A stretch of 64,000 bases of DNA from Lachnospiraceae bacterium (lineage in GTDB: Bacteria > Bacillota > Clostridia > Lachnospirales > Lachnospiraceae): positions 105,501 through 169,500 of the forward strand of contig SVDM01000004.1 in assembly GCA_015058015.1 (NCBI GenBank), given 5' to 3'. Under the pieces are notes generated by a model, which worked only from the letters and a program-made list of their open reading frames with translations, was not told the DNA's origin and did no database searches. Numbering within the stretch: position 1 is the first letter of the stretch; the number at the start of each line of letters is the position of its first letter. Below are positions 1-9,073 of the stretch, piece by piece. The position numbers were made by a program, and so were the translations under genes.

Positions 1-756
1 GAGAGAGGTAAGCCGGAAGTTGGTTCTATCTGGTTGACAGCTTACCAGGAAGGTAACAACGTTATCATTGAGGTTAAGGATGATGGTAACGGAATCGATG
101 TTGAAAGCGTTAAGCAAAAGGGTATCGAGAGAGGCATCATTACTCCCGAACAGGCAGATACCATGAGTAGCAAGGAAATCATCGACCTCTTATTCCTTCC
201 CAGCTTCTCCATGGCGAAGAAGATATCCGATATCTCCGGTAGAGGTGTTGGACTTGACGTAGTTAAGTCCAAGATTGAATCCTTAAGCGGTGAGGTTGAA
301 GTTAAGAGTGTTCAGGGTGAAGGAAGTAAGTTCACTATTCGTCTTCCTCTTACACTTGCAATCATTCAGGCCCTTATGGTTGAAATCGGAAAAGAAAAAT
401 ACGCTATTTCCCTTGGAAGCATTCAGACCATTGAGGATGTTGCTTACGAGGATATCAAATACGTTGAAGCAAAAGAGGTTATCAACTTACGTGGTACCGT
501 TATTCCTCTTATCAGAATGGATCAGGTACTTGAAGTTGAAAGAACCGATGAAGAGAAACCCGAGAGCTTGACCGTAGTTATCGTTAGAAAGGGCGAGAGA
601 TTTGCCGGACTTATTGTCGATAACCTTATGGGACAGCAGGAAATCGTTATCAAATCATTAGGTAAGTACATTGATAACAACAAAGTCATCAGTGGTGCTA
701 CTATCCTCGGTGATGGTGAAGTTGCACTTATCCTTGATGTTAACGCGTTGATTTAA
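1..756 (+). CDS. cheA: Chemotaxis histidine kinase CheA, C-terminal part (the gene runs off the 5' edge of the window)
   Basis: Frame 1 is open from base 1. The translation shows HATPase-type motifs (DDGNGID, GRGVGLDVV, GEGSKFTIRLPLTLAI) followed by a CheW-like coupling domain. cheW-cheC-cheD follow directly. Confidence 0.9.
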   Translation, partial: ERGKPEVGSIWLTAYQEGNNVIIEVKDDGNGIDVESVKQKGIERGIITPEQADTMSSKEIIDLLFLPSFSMAKKISDISGRGVGLDVVKSKIESLSGEVEVKSVQGEGSKFTIRLPLTLAIIQALMVEIGKEKYAISLGSIQTIEDVAYEDIKYVEAKEVINLRGTVIPLIRMDQVLEVERTDEEKPESLTVVIVRKGERFAGLIVDNLMGQQEIVIKSLGKYIDNNKVISGATILGDGEVALILDVNALI

Positions 757-768
757 GGGGGATTCGAT

Positions 769-1257
769 ATGGAAAATGCAGTTGCTACTACAGAAAAAAA
801 GAAAAAAGTAATTACAGAAGTCGAAATGAAACAATACATCGTTGTCAAAATCGGCAGCGAGCGCTACGGAATTGATATTACATTCATTGATAATATCGTA
901 CGTATGCAGAAGATTACCAGAGTTCCCAAGGCTCAGGATTATTTCAACGGCGTTATTAACTTAAGAGGTGAGGTTGTTCCCGTAATGAGCGTTCGTATCA
1001 GAATGGGACTTGAACCGGATGAATTCACCAACAACTCAAGAATTATCATTATAAAACTGGAACAGCAGGGCTCCATCGGACTTATAGTTGATGAAGTTCA
1101 GGAAGTTGTTACCCTCAATACCAACCAGATTGACAGAATATCCTTTGATAATTCATCAGACAAGACAACATTCATTAATGGTATCGGTAAGCATGAAGAC
1201 CAGCTTATCTCCCTTTTGGAACTCCAGAGTGTTGTTGCTGAAAGAGTAATACAATAA
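769..1257 (+). CDS. cheW: Chemotaxis coupling protein CheW
   Basis: 162 aa with a typical CheW fold signature (GIDITFIDNIV, VINLRGEVVPV, GLIVDEVQEVV). GGGGGA RBS 8 nt upstream. Sits between cheA and cheC. Confidence 0.9.
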   Translation: MENAVATTEKKKKVITEVEMKQYIVVKIGSERYGIDITFIDNIVRMQKITRVPKAQDYFNGVINLRGEVVPVMSVRIRMGLEPDEFTNNSRIIIIKLEQQGSIGLIVDEVQEVVTLNTNQIDRISFDNSSDKTTFINGIGKHEDQLISLLELQSVVAERVIQ

Positions 1258-1269
1258 TTAAAAAGTAAA

Positions 1270-1305
1270 GCGAAAATCATAGCCGGTGCGGGCTGTGATT
1301 TTCGC
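1270..1305 (+). other. Strong intra-operon hairpin between cheW and cheC (15 bp stem, no U-tract)
   Basis: gcgaaaatcatagcc / ggctgtgattttcgc pair with one G-U around a 6-nt loop. The hairpin is followed by ggtttc, not a T-run. Confidence 0.3.
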
Positions 1306-1331
1306 GGTTTCATAGAAAACAGGGGGTTTAT

Positions 1332-1946
1332 ATGATTAACTTAGACGAGATTAATACAGTCTACTTTGATGTATTAAAAGAAATCGGTAATATCGGAGCC
1401 GGTAATGCCACTACGGCCCTTGCTAAGATGCTCGACATGAAGATTGACATGAAGGTGCCTAAGGTAGAGCTCCTTGAATTTGCCGCGCTGGCCGCTGTTA
1501 TCTCTGCTGAAGATGAACCGGTTATGGGTATTCTTCTGGAGGTGCAAAGCGATATAGCCGGAAGTATGATGTTCTTCCTGGAACTTGATTCTGCTTATTA
1601 TCTTTGTAATAAACTTATGGGCAGAGATCCTGATTGGAGAGGAGAATTCACCGAGATGGATCTCTCGGCTCTGAAAGAGATAGGTAATATTATTTCGGGT
1701 TCATATTTGTCAGCCCTTTCTTCACTGACGAATATGACCATTACATCGTCTGTTCCTTATCTTTGTATTGATATGGCCGGAGCAATATTAAGCGTACCTG
1801 CAATTGAATTCGGTAAGTATGGTGACAAAGCTCTGCTTATCCAGACAGAGTTCGGCGATGAGGTAAGAATAAACGGTTACTTTATTCTTCTTCCCGAGCT
1901 TGATTCTTATGAGAAGATTTTGAATTCACTGGGTATAATGATTTAA
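1332..1946 (+). CDS. cheC: CheY-P phosphatase CheC
   Basis: 204 aa with the duplicated CheC/FliY motif (EIGNIGAGNATTALAKML and EIGNIISGSYLSAL). Lies upstream of cheD, as in Firmicute che operons. Confidence 0.85.
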   Translation: MINLDEINTVYFDVLKEIGNIGAGNATTALAKMLDMKIDMKVPKVELLEFAALAAVISAEDEPVMGILLEVQSDIAGSMMFFLELDSAYYLCNKLMGRDPDWRGEFTEMDLSALKEIGNIISGSYLSALSSLTNMTITSSVPYLCIDMAGAILSVPAIEFGKYGDKALLIQTEFGDEVRINGYFILLPELDSYEKILNSLGIMI

Positions 1947-1959
1947 GGAGCAGGATTTT

Positions 1960-2445
1960 ATGGGAAATGTAATAAAGGTAGGCATGGCGGATTTGAACAT
2001 ATGTAAAAGTCCCGATATGATTACTACTTTGGGATTGGGATCATGTGTAGGTATAACCCTCTATGATCCGGTTACAAAGATTGGTGGGTTGGCACATGTA
2101 ATGTTGCCGGACAGCACGCAGATCCGTAATAATTCAAATATAGCCAAGTTTGCGGACACCGGAATAGACGAGCTCCTTAGAAGAGTTGTGGAAGCCGGAG
2201 CCAACAGAAGCAGACTGGTAGCCAAGATTGCAGGCGGAGCCAAGATGTTTGCTGTCAGCGGAACTTCTGATATGGGTCGTATCGGAGATCGTAATGCTGA
2301 AGCTGCCCGTGCCAAATTAAAAGAACTTGGAATTAAACTTCTCGCCGATGAAACAGGTCTTAATTTCGGACGTACTGTTGAACTATATTGCGAGACGGGA
2401 GAATTCCATATAAAAGCGGTTGGAAAACCGGAAAAGATTGTTTAA
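1960..2445 (+). CDS. cheD: Chemoreceptor glutamine deamidase CheD
   Basis: 161 aa. Motifs LGLGSCVGITLYD, GGLAHVMLP and KIAGGAKMF are typical of CheD. Confidence 0.9.
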   Translation: MGNVIKVGMADLNICKSPDMITTLGLGSCVGITLYDPVTKIGGLAHVMLPDSTQIRNNSNIAKFADTGIDELLRRVVEAGANRSRLVAKIAGGAKMFAVSGTSDMGRIGDRNAEAARAKLKELGIKLLADETGLNFGRTVELYCETGEFHIKAVGKPEKIV

Positions 2446-2467
2446 AACATAAACTTAGAGGTTTGAT

Positions 2468-2803
2468 ATGAAGACCAAACATATACCTGTAATGGTGGTG
2501 CTCATTGCCTGCGCCATCACATTGGTGCTGGATATCGTGCAAGGATTCGGTATCGACACCATCTTAAAGGACCTTTTGATTGTATTGGTAATATTCTTTA
2601 TCATAGGCTTTGTGGCCAAGTTCTTCTTGGACAGGGCATTCAATCCACCGGTTCCTGATGAAGAAGAGGGCAATGAGGAAAGAGAAGACTTCCCTGTAGA
2701 AGGAGAAGAGGCGGAAGAAGCTGCCGAAGAAGGGGAGCCTGCTGAAACAGAGGAAGAAGGTACCTCTGAAGAAAGCGAAGAAATGGAAGAGGATTTCTAT
2801 TAA
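2468..2803 (+). CDS. Small membrane protein with a poly-acidic C-terminal tail, unknown function
   Basis: 111 aa with two hydrophobic helices, then an E/D-rich tail (EEEGNEEREDFPVEGEEAEEAAEEGEPAETEEEGTSEESEEMEEDFY). RBS gaggt upstream. Inserted between cheD and fliA. Confidence 0.6.
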   Translation: MKTKHIPVMVVLIACAITLVLDIVQGFGIDTILKDLLIVLVIFFIIGFVAKFFLDRAFNPPVPDEEEGNEEREDFPVEGEEAEEAAEEGEPAETEEEGTSEESEEMEEDFY

Positions 2804-2825
2804 TTAATCTTCCCGGAGGGTAGAC

Positions 2826-3590
2826 ATGAACGACGCAGAGAAAAAGGCTTTATGGGAAAAGTACAGCAAGACCAGAGCGGCTGATATCAGGGAGAAGCTT
2901 ATTATTGAATATGTCCCCCTGGTTAAGGTTGTGGCAGGACGACTAAGCATGTATCTCGGTCATAACGTGGAGTATGACGATCTTGTAGGTTACGGTGTAT
3001 TCGGACTCATTGACGCCATCGACAAATTCGAGGTGGGCAAGGAGGTACGTTTTGAGACATATGCCAGCCTTAGAATAAGAGGAGCCATCTTAGACCAGAT
3101 AAGAAAGATGGACTGGATTCCCAGAACTCTTCGTCAGAAACAGAAGAATATAGAAGCCGCCATTAAGGAAGTTGAATCAATGACCGGCAAATCCGCGACG
3201 GATGAAGAAATTGCGGATCAGCTCCAGATATCCGTTGATGAGTTAAATGATTGGCAGAATCAGATGAAGGCCATGAACGTTATCTCATTGAACGAGTATG
3301 TTGACACGGTGGGCGAACCGGTTATGGATGCATCAAGGAATTCACATTTTGAGCAGCCTCACAACGTAGTTGAAAAAGAGGAATTAAAGAAGATGCTCAT
3401 GGAATCCTTAAGTGCCCTGACAGAGAAAGAGAAAAAGGTTATACTGCTTTACTATTATGAGGAGTTAACTCTAAAAGAAATAAGTAACGTTATGGAGGTT
3501 TCGGAATCTCGTGTTTCCCAGCTCCACACCAAGGCGCTGCAGAAGATGAAGAAGAAGATGGGACCTTACATGAATATTTTGGTTGAATAA
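2826..3590 (+). CDS. fliA: Flagellar sigma-28 factor FliA/SigD
   Basis: 254 aa with sigma-70 regions 2, 3 and 4 (DDLVGYGVFGLIDAIDKF, YASLRIRGAILD, LTLKEISNVMEVSESRVSQLHTKAL). Located at the end of the che genes. Confidence 0.9.
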   Translation: MNDAEKKALWEKYSKTRAADIREKLIIEYVPLVKVVAGRLSMYLGHNVEYDDLVGYGVFGLIDAIDKFEVGKEVRFETYASLRIRGAILDQIRKMDWIPRTLRQKQKNIEAAIKEVESMTGKSATDEEIADQLQISVDELNDWQNQMKAMNVISLNEYVDTVGEPVMDASRNSHFEQPHNVVEKEELKKMLMESLSALTEKEKKVILLYYYEELTLKEISNVMEVSESRVSQLHTKALQKMKKKMGPYMNILVE

Positions 3591-3614
3591 AGAAGAGTAT
3601 TTCGGGGGATAACA

Positions 3615-5219
3615 ATGGCTAACGGATATTTTCAAGCAGATTTGAGATCTGATGCATCCTATATTGTCCTTCATCCGGCAACGGAGGGTGGGCAACCTAT
3701 CCGATTTGATGAATTGGAGAGGTACCTGATATCTAACAAATTAACAGAGTATAAAAAGATAGATTTAAAAGAGGCCTGTGATAAGGTGGAGGCAGAAGGC
3801 AAGCCGGCCATGGTAAGGGTTGGAGGAGCACTTCCTTATAAGATTAGAGAGGAAATGCTGATTTTTTTGTCTGAGGACAAGATGAGACTTACTGCCAGAT
3901 TCTATCCGCCCTGTGTTAAGGGCGAGACTATGGATCCCGACGAGATGATTCGTCAGATTCAGGCCAACGGTATCAAATACGGTATCGATAATGCAGCCAT
4001 TAAAGATTACGTCACCAACAGACGTTTCTGTACCGACCTTATATTTGCCAAAGGCAAACCGCCTGTTGCGGGACATGATGCCAAGATAGAGTATTTTTTC
4101 AATACCAACACATCTCTAAAACCTGCCATGAATGAGGACGGTACCGTAGACTATAAGAACTTGGACAATATCTCTCATGTAACAGAAGACCAGCTTTTGG
4201 CCCGTATTACACCGGAAGATCCGGGTATTCCGGGCATGGATCTGTTCGCCAATCTTATTCGTCCGCCCCAGGTTAAGGGTCGTAAGCTCAATACCGGTAA
4301 CAATATCAGGATGAGTGAGGATGGCCTTGAGATTTACTCCACCGTTATGGGACATGCAAGCCTCGTAGGAGGTCAGGTCTTTGTCTCCGACATTTACGAG
4401 ATTCCTGCTGACGTGGATAACTCCACGGGAGATATCAAGTATTCCGGAACAGTACATGTAAAGGGTAATGTCAAAACCGGATTTACCATTGATACCCAAG
4501 GGGATATAATTGTTGATGGTGTAGTTGAGGGAGCCACCCTAAAGGCCGGGGGACAGATAGTCCTAAAACGTGGTGTTCAGGGTATGCAGAAGGCATATCT
4601 CGAGTCGGGCAGCAACCTTATTGCCAAGTTTATAGAGGGCGCCAGTGTTATAAGCGGTGGATATATAGAGACGGAATCCATTATGCACAGTAATGTTGTG
4701 GCCAAGACAGAGATTAATGTTACAGGTAAGAAGGGCTTTGTCACCGGTGGAAGAATTCAGGCAGGAAGCAAGCTTTGCGCCAAGAAAATCGGTTCTCCCA
4801 TGGGTGCCCATACAGTTGTTGAAGTGGGAATGAGCCATGAGACCAAGCAAAGATATAATGAATTAAAGACAGAACTTATGTCTCTGCAAAAAGAACTTAG
4901 TAAAGCATATCCCATCTTGCAGACCTTTATGGCCAAGATAAAAGAGGGAGAAAAGCTACCTCCCAAGAATATGCTTTATTTAAAACAGTTAGCAGCCCAG
5001 ACCAAGGATATGGAAGGTAAGATAAAAGCCCGCAAGCAGGAATATGAACTGCTTGAAGCTGAGATGGCTCTTAATGTTGGAGCTTCCGTGGAAGTACAGG
5101 GTATTATCTATCCCGGTGTGGAGATTAACATCGCCAACTGCAGAACCTTGACAGAGTCTGAGCGAAACTACTGCAAGTTTACCGTTGTGGATGGAGACAT
5201 TAAGTGCAGTAATCTTTAA
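3615..5219 (+). CDS. FapA/DUF342 family protein (flagellar-assembly associated)
   Basis: 534 aa. The central region is a repetitive G-x-V/I beta-helix-like segment (GNVKTGFTIDTQGDIIVDGVVEGATLKAGGQIVLKRGV...) and the C-terminus is coiled-coil. The position after sigD is typical for Clostridia. Confidence 0.75.
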   Translation: MANGYFQADLRSDASYIVLHPATEGGQPIRFDELERYLISNKLTEYKKIDLKEACDKVEAEGKPAMVRVGGALPYKIREEMLIFLSEDKMRLTARFYPPCVKGETMDPDEMIRQIQANGIKYGIDNAAIKDYVTNRRFCTDLIFAKGKPPVAGHDAKIEYFFNTNTSLKPAMNEDGTVDYKNLDNISHVTEDQLLARITPEDPGIPGMDLFANLIRPPQVKGRKLNTGNNIRMSEDGLEIYSTVMGHASLVGGQVFVSDIYEIPADVDNSTGDIKYSGTVHVKGNVKTGFTIDTQGDIIVDGVVEGATLKAGGQIVLKRGVQGMQKAYLESGSNLIAKFIEGASVISGGYIETESIMHSNVVAKTEINVTGKKGFVTGGRIQAGSKLCAKKIGSPMGAHTVVEVGMSHETKQRYNELKTELMSLQKELSKAYPILQTFMAKIKEGEKLPPKNMLYLKQLAAQTKDMEGKIKARKQEYELLEAEMALNVGASVEVQGIIYPGVEINIANCRTLTESERNYCKFTVVDGDIKCSNL

Positions 5220-5242
5220 GGTAACCTGAAAGGGTGGTATAT

Positions 5243-5554
5243 ATGGCACTTGGACCTATTGAGATGAACGGAATGATTTCCAGAACTCAGGACGTGACCA
5301 CAATCAAGCAAAACATTGACAACAAAGGAATGGTTGATCAGGCCAACATCAAGAATGTGGTTAATGAGGAAATCGACCAGGCCATGCACCAAGTCCATGA
5401 TGCGGATGACTCCAGAAACTCGGAGGGTGAATTTGATGCCAGAAGAGAAGGGCGGAACAAGTATATGAAGACTTCCACCAAGAAGAAAGGGAAGCCCAAG
5501 ACCGAAGGCAGAGTTGTGGTAAAGGATAATAAAGGATTTGATATAAAGATTTAG
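5243..5554 (+). CDS. Hypothetical small basic protein
   Basis: ATG at 5243 lies 8-9 nt after gaaaggg. The track start at 5234 is a GTG with no better RBS. I recognise no domain. Co-directional with the flagellar genes. Confidence 0.5.
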   Translation: MALGPIEMNGMISRTQDVTTIKQNIDNKGMVDQANIKNVVNEEIDQAMHQVHDADDSRNSEGEFDARREGRNKYMKTSTKKKGKPKTEGRVVVKDNKGFDIKI

Positions 5555-5567
5555 CGGGAGATATACT

Positions 5568-6281
5568 ATGACACCATTGCATATATGTCTGTTAATCGTG
5601 GGAGTGATTCTTATGGTGGGCAGTTTCTTCGTGGCGGAGAAGCTCACGGATAAAGAGGTGGATGAGCTTTCACGATTAAGTTCTGCTCAATTGCAAAGAG
5701 TAGTGGACAAAGAGTTAGAAAGTGTAGAAGATCGTGTGGCGGATATCGTCAGCGAGGCGGTTGATAAGACTGTAGAAGAGACAAAAAGGCCCATGGAGCA
5801 GCTCTCCAATGAGAAGATAATGGCCATTAACGAGTACTCCGATACGGTTATTGATCAGATTAATAAAAGCCACAGTGAGATTATCTTTCTGTACAATATG
5901 TTAAATGACAAGCAGGAAGAGATTAAAACAATAGTAGCGGGAATCGACAGAGATAAGGCCAGACTAAAAGAGATGACGGCGGAAGTAGATCTCTTGGAGA
6001 ACAAGATGACCCTTACGCCTTCCATCGGAGATGCGGTAGAGTCTATTGATGTGACTGAGGGTACTATCGAGGAAAAGGAAGAACCGGATGAGAGACTGGG
6101 ATTTATCTTCAGTGATTCCGAGAAGAAGAAAGAAGATAAGGGTAAACTTCACGACGAAATCATCGCGTTATATGACGAAGGGCTTCCTATTGTAGAGATA
6201 GGACGTCGCTTAAAATGCGGAGTAGGTGAAGTAAAACTTGTAATAGACCTTGCTAATCACGGAGGCAGCAATGAAGCTTAA
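5568..6281 (+). CDS. Hypothetical membrane-anchored coiled-coil protein with an HTH-like C-terminus
   Basis: 237 aa: N-terminal TM helix, long charged helical region, and a C-terminal segment DEIIALYDEGLPIVEIGRRLKCGVGEVKLVIDL that resembles a helix-turn-helix. Confidence 0.6.
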   Translation: MTPLHICLLIVGVILMVGSFFVAEKLTDKEVDELSRLSSAQLQRVVDKELESVEDRVADIVSEAVDKTVEETKRPMEQLSNEKIMAINEYSDTVIDQINKSHSEIIFLYNMLNDKQEEIKTIVAGIDRDKARLKEMTAEVDLLENKMTLTPSIGDAVESIDVTEGTIEEKEEPDERLGFIFSDSEKKKEDKGKLHDEIIALYDEGLPIVEIGRRLKCGVGEVKLVIDLANHGGSNEA

Positions 6282-6801
6282 ATACTACCTCAGAGGACTG
6301 GGGATAGGAATCATCATTTCGGTGCTTATTCTATCCCTAAGCGGTAGCACAGCCAGGATGAGTGATTCGGAAGTAATCAAACGAGCCGAAGAACTGGGAT
6401 ATACCAAGTCCAATGAGAATTCGGATAAGATAAAAGATCATATGAACGAGAACAGTTCCTCTGCACCGGAGGAATCTTCTGCCGCGCCTGAAGAACAGAC
6501 TTCCGTAGAACAACCTGCAGAGCCTTCTTCGGCAGAACCTGCAACAGTGGAACCTGCACCTGAGCCGGCAACCACCACTACTTCTGACACAAGTATTACT
6601 ATTACTATAGCCGACGGCGAGTATTCAGATGTTATTGCCAGCAGACTCGCCGCTGCCGGCGCCGTATCTGATGCGGATGATTTTAACAAATATCTCATTT
6701 CTAAGGGCTATGACAGACTAATCTACAAGGGTCAATGCATTATCCCTCCGGGGGCCGATTACGAGCAGATCGCTCAGATTCTCATATCAAAGGACAAATA
6801 A
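6271..6801 (+). CDS. Hypothetical membrane protein with a P/E/A/S-rich linker
   Basis: ATG at 6271 is preceded by ggagg at 6261-6265, so it is preferred over the TTG at 6250. It overlaps the previous stop by 11 nt. One TM helix, a low-complexity linker, and a small C-terminal globular domain. Confidence 0.55.
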   Translation: MKLKYYLRGLGIGIIISVLILSLSGSTARMSDSEVIKRAEELGYTKSNENSDKIKDHMNENSSSAPEESSAAPEEQTSVEQPAEPSSAEPATVEPAPEPATTTTSDTSITITIADGEYSDVIASRLAAAGAVSDADDFNKYLISKGYDRLIYKGQCIIPPGADYEQIAQILISKDK

Positions 6802-6805
6802 CATA

Positions 6806-6834
6806 TTGCAATAGACCGTGGCATATGCTATAAT
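6806..6834 (+). promoter_or_regulatory. Sigma-A type promoter for rpsB-tsf
   Basis: TTGCAA (6806-6811), 17 nt spacer, TATAAT (6829-6834). Lies about 110 nt upstream of the rpsB ATG. Confidence 0.6.
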
Positions 6835-6943
6835 ATGCGACGTATGTAAACATTAAACACGCTTTGCTGTAGGCGAATCGGTGCCGCTTATGCGGTTATT
6901 CGTGTTTTAAGGCAGGCGGAAGTTCAAACCGGGAGGAATTAAA

Positions 6944-7693
6944 ATGAGCGTAATTTCAATGAAACAGTTACTTGAAGCAGGTGTACATTTCGGACATCAG
7001 ACAAGAAGATGGAACCCTAAGATGGCTCCTTACATCTTCACAGAGCGTAACGGAATCTACATCATTGACTTACAGAAGTCTGTAGGAAAAGTAGATGAGG
7101 CATACAAAGCTGTAGCCGACATCGTAGCAGACGGAGGTACAATTCTTTTCGTTGGTACCAAGAAGCAGGCTCAGGATGCTATTAAGACAGAGGCAGAGCG
7201 TTGCGGAATGTACTACGTTAACGAGAGATGGCTTGGTGGAATGCTCACCAACTTCAAGACAATCAGAAGCAGAATCGACAGACTTAAAGAAATCGAGGCT
7301 ATGGAAGCAGACGGAACATTCGATGTACTTCCCAAGAAAGAAGTTATTGGTCTCAAGAAGGAGCAGGCTAAGTTAGAGAAGAACCTCGGCGGAATCAAAG
7401 ATATGAAGAGAATCCCCGATGCAATCTTCGTAGTAGATCCCAAGAAGGAAAGAATCTGTATCCAGGAAGCACATATCCTTGGCATTCCCCTTATCGGTAT
7501 CGCTGATACTAACTGCGATCCTGAGGAACTTGACTATGTTATTCCGGGTAACGATGATGCAATAAGAGCCGTTAAGCTTATCGTAGCTAAGATGGCTGAC
7601 GCAGTAATCGAGGCTAATCAGGGTGCAGCTGATGCTGACGAGGAATATGATGAATATGACGAGGAAGCTGCAGACGAGGCTGTAGAAGAGTAA
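6944..7693 (+). CDS. rpsB: 30S ribosomal protein S2
   Basis: 249 aa. [22 protein letters not shown] is the canonical S2 N-terminus. Acidic C-terminal tail. Confidence 0.97.
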   Translation: MSVISMKQLLEAGVHFGHQTRRWNPKMAPYIFTERNGIYIIDLQKSVGKVDEAYKAVADIVADGGTILFVGTKKQAQDAIKTEAERCGMYYVNERWLGGMLTNFKTIRSRIDRLKEIEAMEADGTFDVLPKKEVIGLKKEQAKLEKNLGGIKDMKRIPDAIFVVDPKKERICIQEAHILGIPLIGIADTNCDPEELDYVIPGNDDAIRAVKLIVAKMADAVIEANQGAADADEEYDEYDEEAADEAVEE

Positions 7694-7705
7694 TATAAAT
7701 ACATA

Positions 7706-7731
7706 AAGGAATCCGTTAGGATTCCTTTTTT
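7706..7731 (+). terminator. Rho-independent terminator or attenuator after rpsB
   Basis: ggaatcc-gtta-ggattcc hairpin followed by TTTTTT. Confidence 0.65.
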
Positions 7732-7769
7732 ACCTAATTAACGTTATTAAAGACATGGAGGAAATAATT

Positions 7770-8846
7770 ATGGCAATTACCGCATCAATGGTAAAAGAAT
7801 TAAGAGAAATGACCGGCGCAGGAATGATGGACTGCAAGAAGGCACTTACAGAAACTGACGGTGATATGGATGCAGCAGTAGAAGTACTTCGTAAGAGCGG
7901 TGCAGCCAAAGCTGAGAAGAAAGCAAGCAGAATTGCAGCTGAAGGTATTACAAGAGTTGCAGTTGATGGTAACAAGGCGGTTGTAGTAGAAGTTAACTCA
8001 GAGACTGACTTCGTTGCTAAGAATGAAGTATTCCAGACTTTTGTTCAGTCTGTAGCAGATAAGGCTCTTGCTTCAGGCTTACAGGGTGGCAAAGATGGTG
8101 AAGATATTGAAGCTCTCTTAGAGACTGACATAAAAGACGACTTAGTTGAGAAGATTGCAACAATCGGTGAGAAATTATCTATCAGAAGATTTGAGAAGAT
8201 CACAGGTGATATTGTTGTATCATATTTACACGGTGGCGGAAGAATCGGTGTATTGGTAGCCGGTGAAGGCGCTACAGATGATGCAGCCAAAGAAGCACTT
8301 ACTAACATTGCTATGCAGGTTGCAGCACTTAATCCTGAGTATATCTCAAGAGCAGATATCTCACAGGCAACACTTGACAAGATGAAAGAGATCACAATTG
8401 ATGCAGCAATCAATGATCCTGCTACTCTTCCTAAGCCAATCCTTAATGGAATCTTTGATACAGCGTTAGCAGAGAACAAGTTATCACCAGAGGACACAGC
8501 TATTCTTAACGAGAAGAGAAATGACAAGTACCTCTTTAACTTCTTCTCAGAAGCAGCTAAACCGGCTCTTGCTGCCATTGGTATGGCTGACAAGGCTAAT
8601 ATCGTGGAGAACAAGATTTTCAAAGGATTAGTTGAAGGACGTATTTCTAAGCAGATAAAAGACATAAGCCTTATGGATCAGGTATATGTTAAGGCAGAAG
8701 ACGGCAAGCAGAACGTTGCTAAATATCTTGAGTCTGTTAACAAGAATCTTAAAGTTGTTAAGTTCATTCGTTTTGAAGTTGGCGAAGGAATGGAGAAGAA
8801 GCAGGAAGATTTCGCTGCAGAAGTTGCAAAGCAGATGGGACAGTAG
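7770..8846 (+). CDS. tsf: Elongation factor Ts
   Basis: MAITASMVKELREMTGAGMMDCKKAL is the canonical EF-Ts N-terminus. ATG 7770 lies 8 nt after ggagg, so it is preferred over ATG 7755. Confidence 0.95.
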   Translation: MAITASMVKELREMTGAGMMDCKKALTETDGDMDAAVEVLRKSGAAKAEKKASRIAAEGITRVAVDGNKAVVVEVNSETDFVAKNEVFQTFVQSVADKALASGLQGGKDGEDIEALLETDIKDDLVEKIATIGEKLSIRRFEKITGDIVVSYLHGGGRIGVLVAGEGATDDAAKEALTNIAMQVAALNPEYISRADISQATLDKMKEITIDAAINDPATLPKPILNGIFDTALAENKLSPEDTAILNEKRNDKYLFNFFSEAAKPALAAIGMADKANIVENKIFKGLVEGRISKQIKDISLMDQVYVKAEDGKQNVAKYLESVNKNLKVVKFIRFEVGEGMEKKQEDFAAEVAKQMGQ

Positions 8847-8892
8847 AGCGAGTTTATAATCTGTTTATAAATTTTATAATTTGTTTATACGA

Positions 8893-8926
8893 AGTAGACC
8901 GAATACATATCGGTCTACTTTTTTTG
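8893..8926 (+). terminator. Rho-independent terminator after tsf
   Basis: agtagaccga / tcggtctact stem with a 7-nt loop, followed by a run of 7 T. Confidence 0.8.
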
Positions 8927-8987
8927 CATATTTGGTAAATTATTATTAACTAAATATAAAAAATATAAAAAAGAATTAAATATATCA

Positions 8988-9016
8988 TTGAATTACACCT
9001 TGAATTTTGCTATATT
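8988..9016 (+). promoter_or_regulatory. Candidate sigma-A promoter for adhesin 1
   Basis: TTGAAT, 17 nt spacer, TATATT. The spacer ends in ttttgc, like the candidate promoter of adhesin 2. Confidence 0.4.
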
Positions 9017-9073
9017 AGTGGAAGTGTTTTTTGGGGGGAAATAAAGAGAAAACAAGTATCTTTGGAGGCTATC

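Noticed and set aside
8045-8665. 206-aa ORF antisense to tsf.
   Set aside because: It lies entirely inside a confidently identified EF-Ts gene on the other strand. It has no RBS and its translation is low-complexity and Ser/Ala/Ile-rich, so it is a typical shadow ORF.
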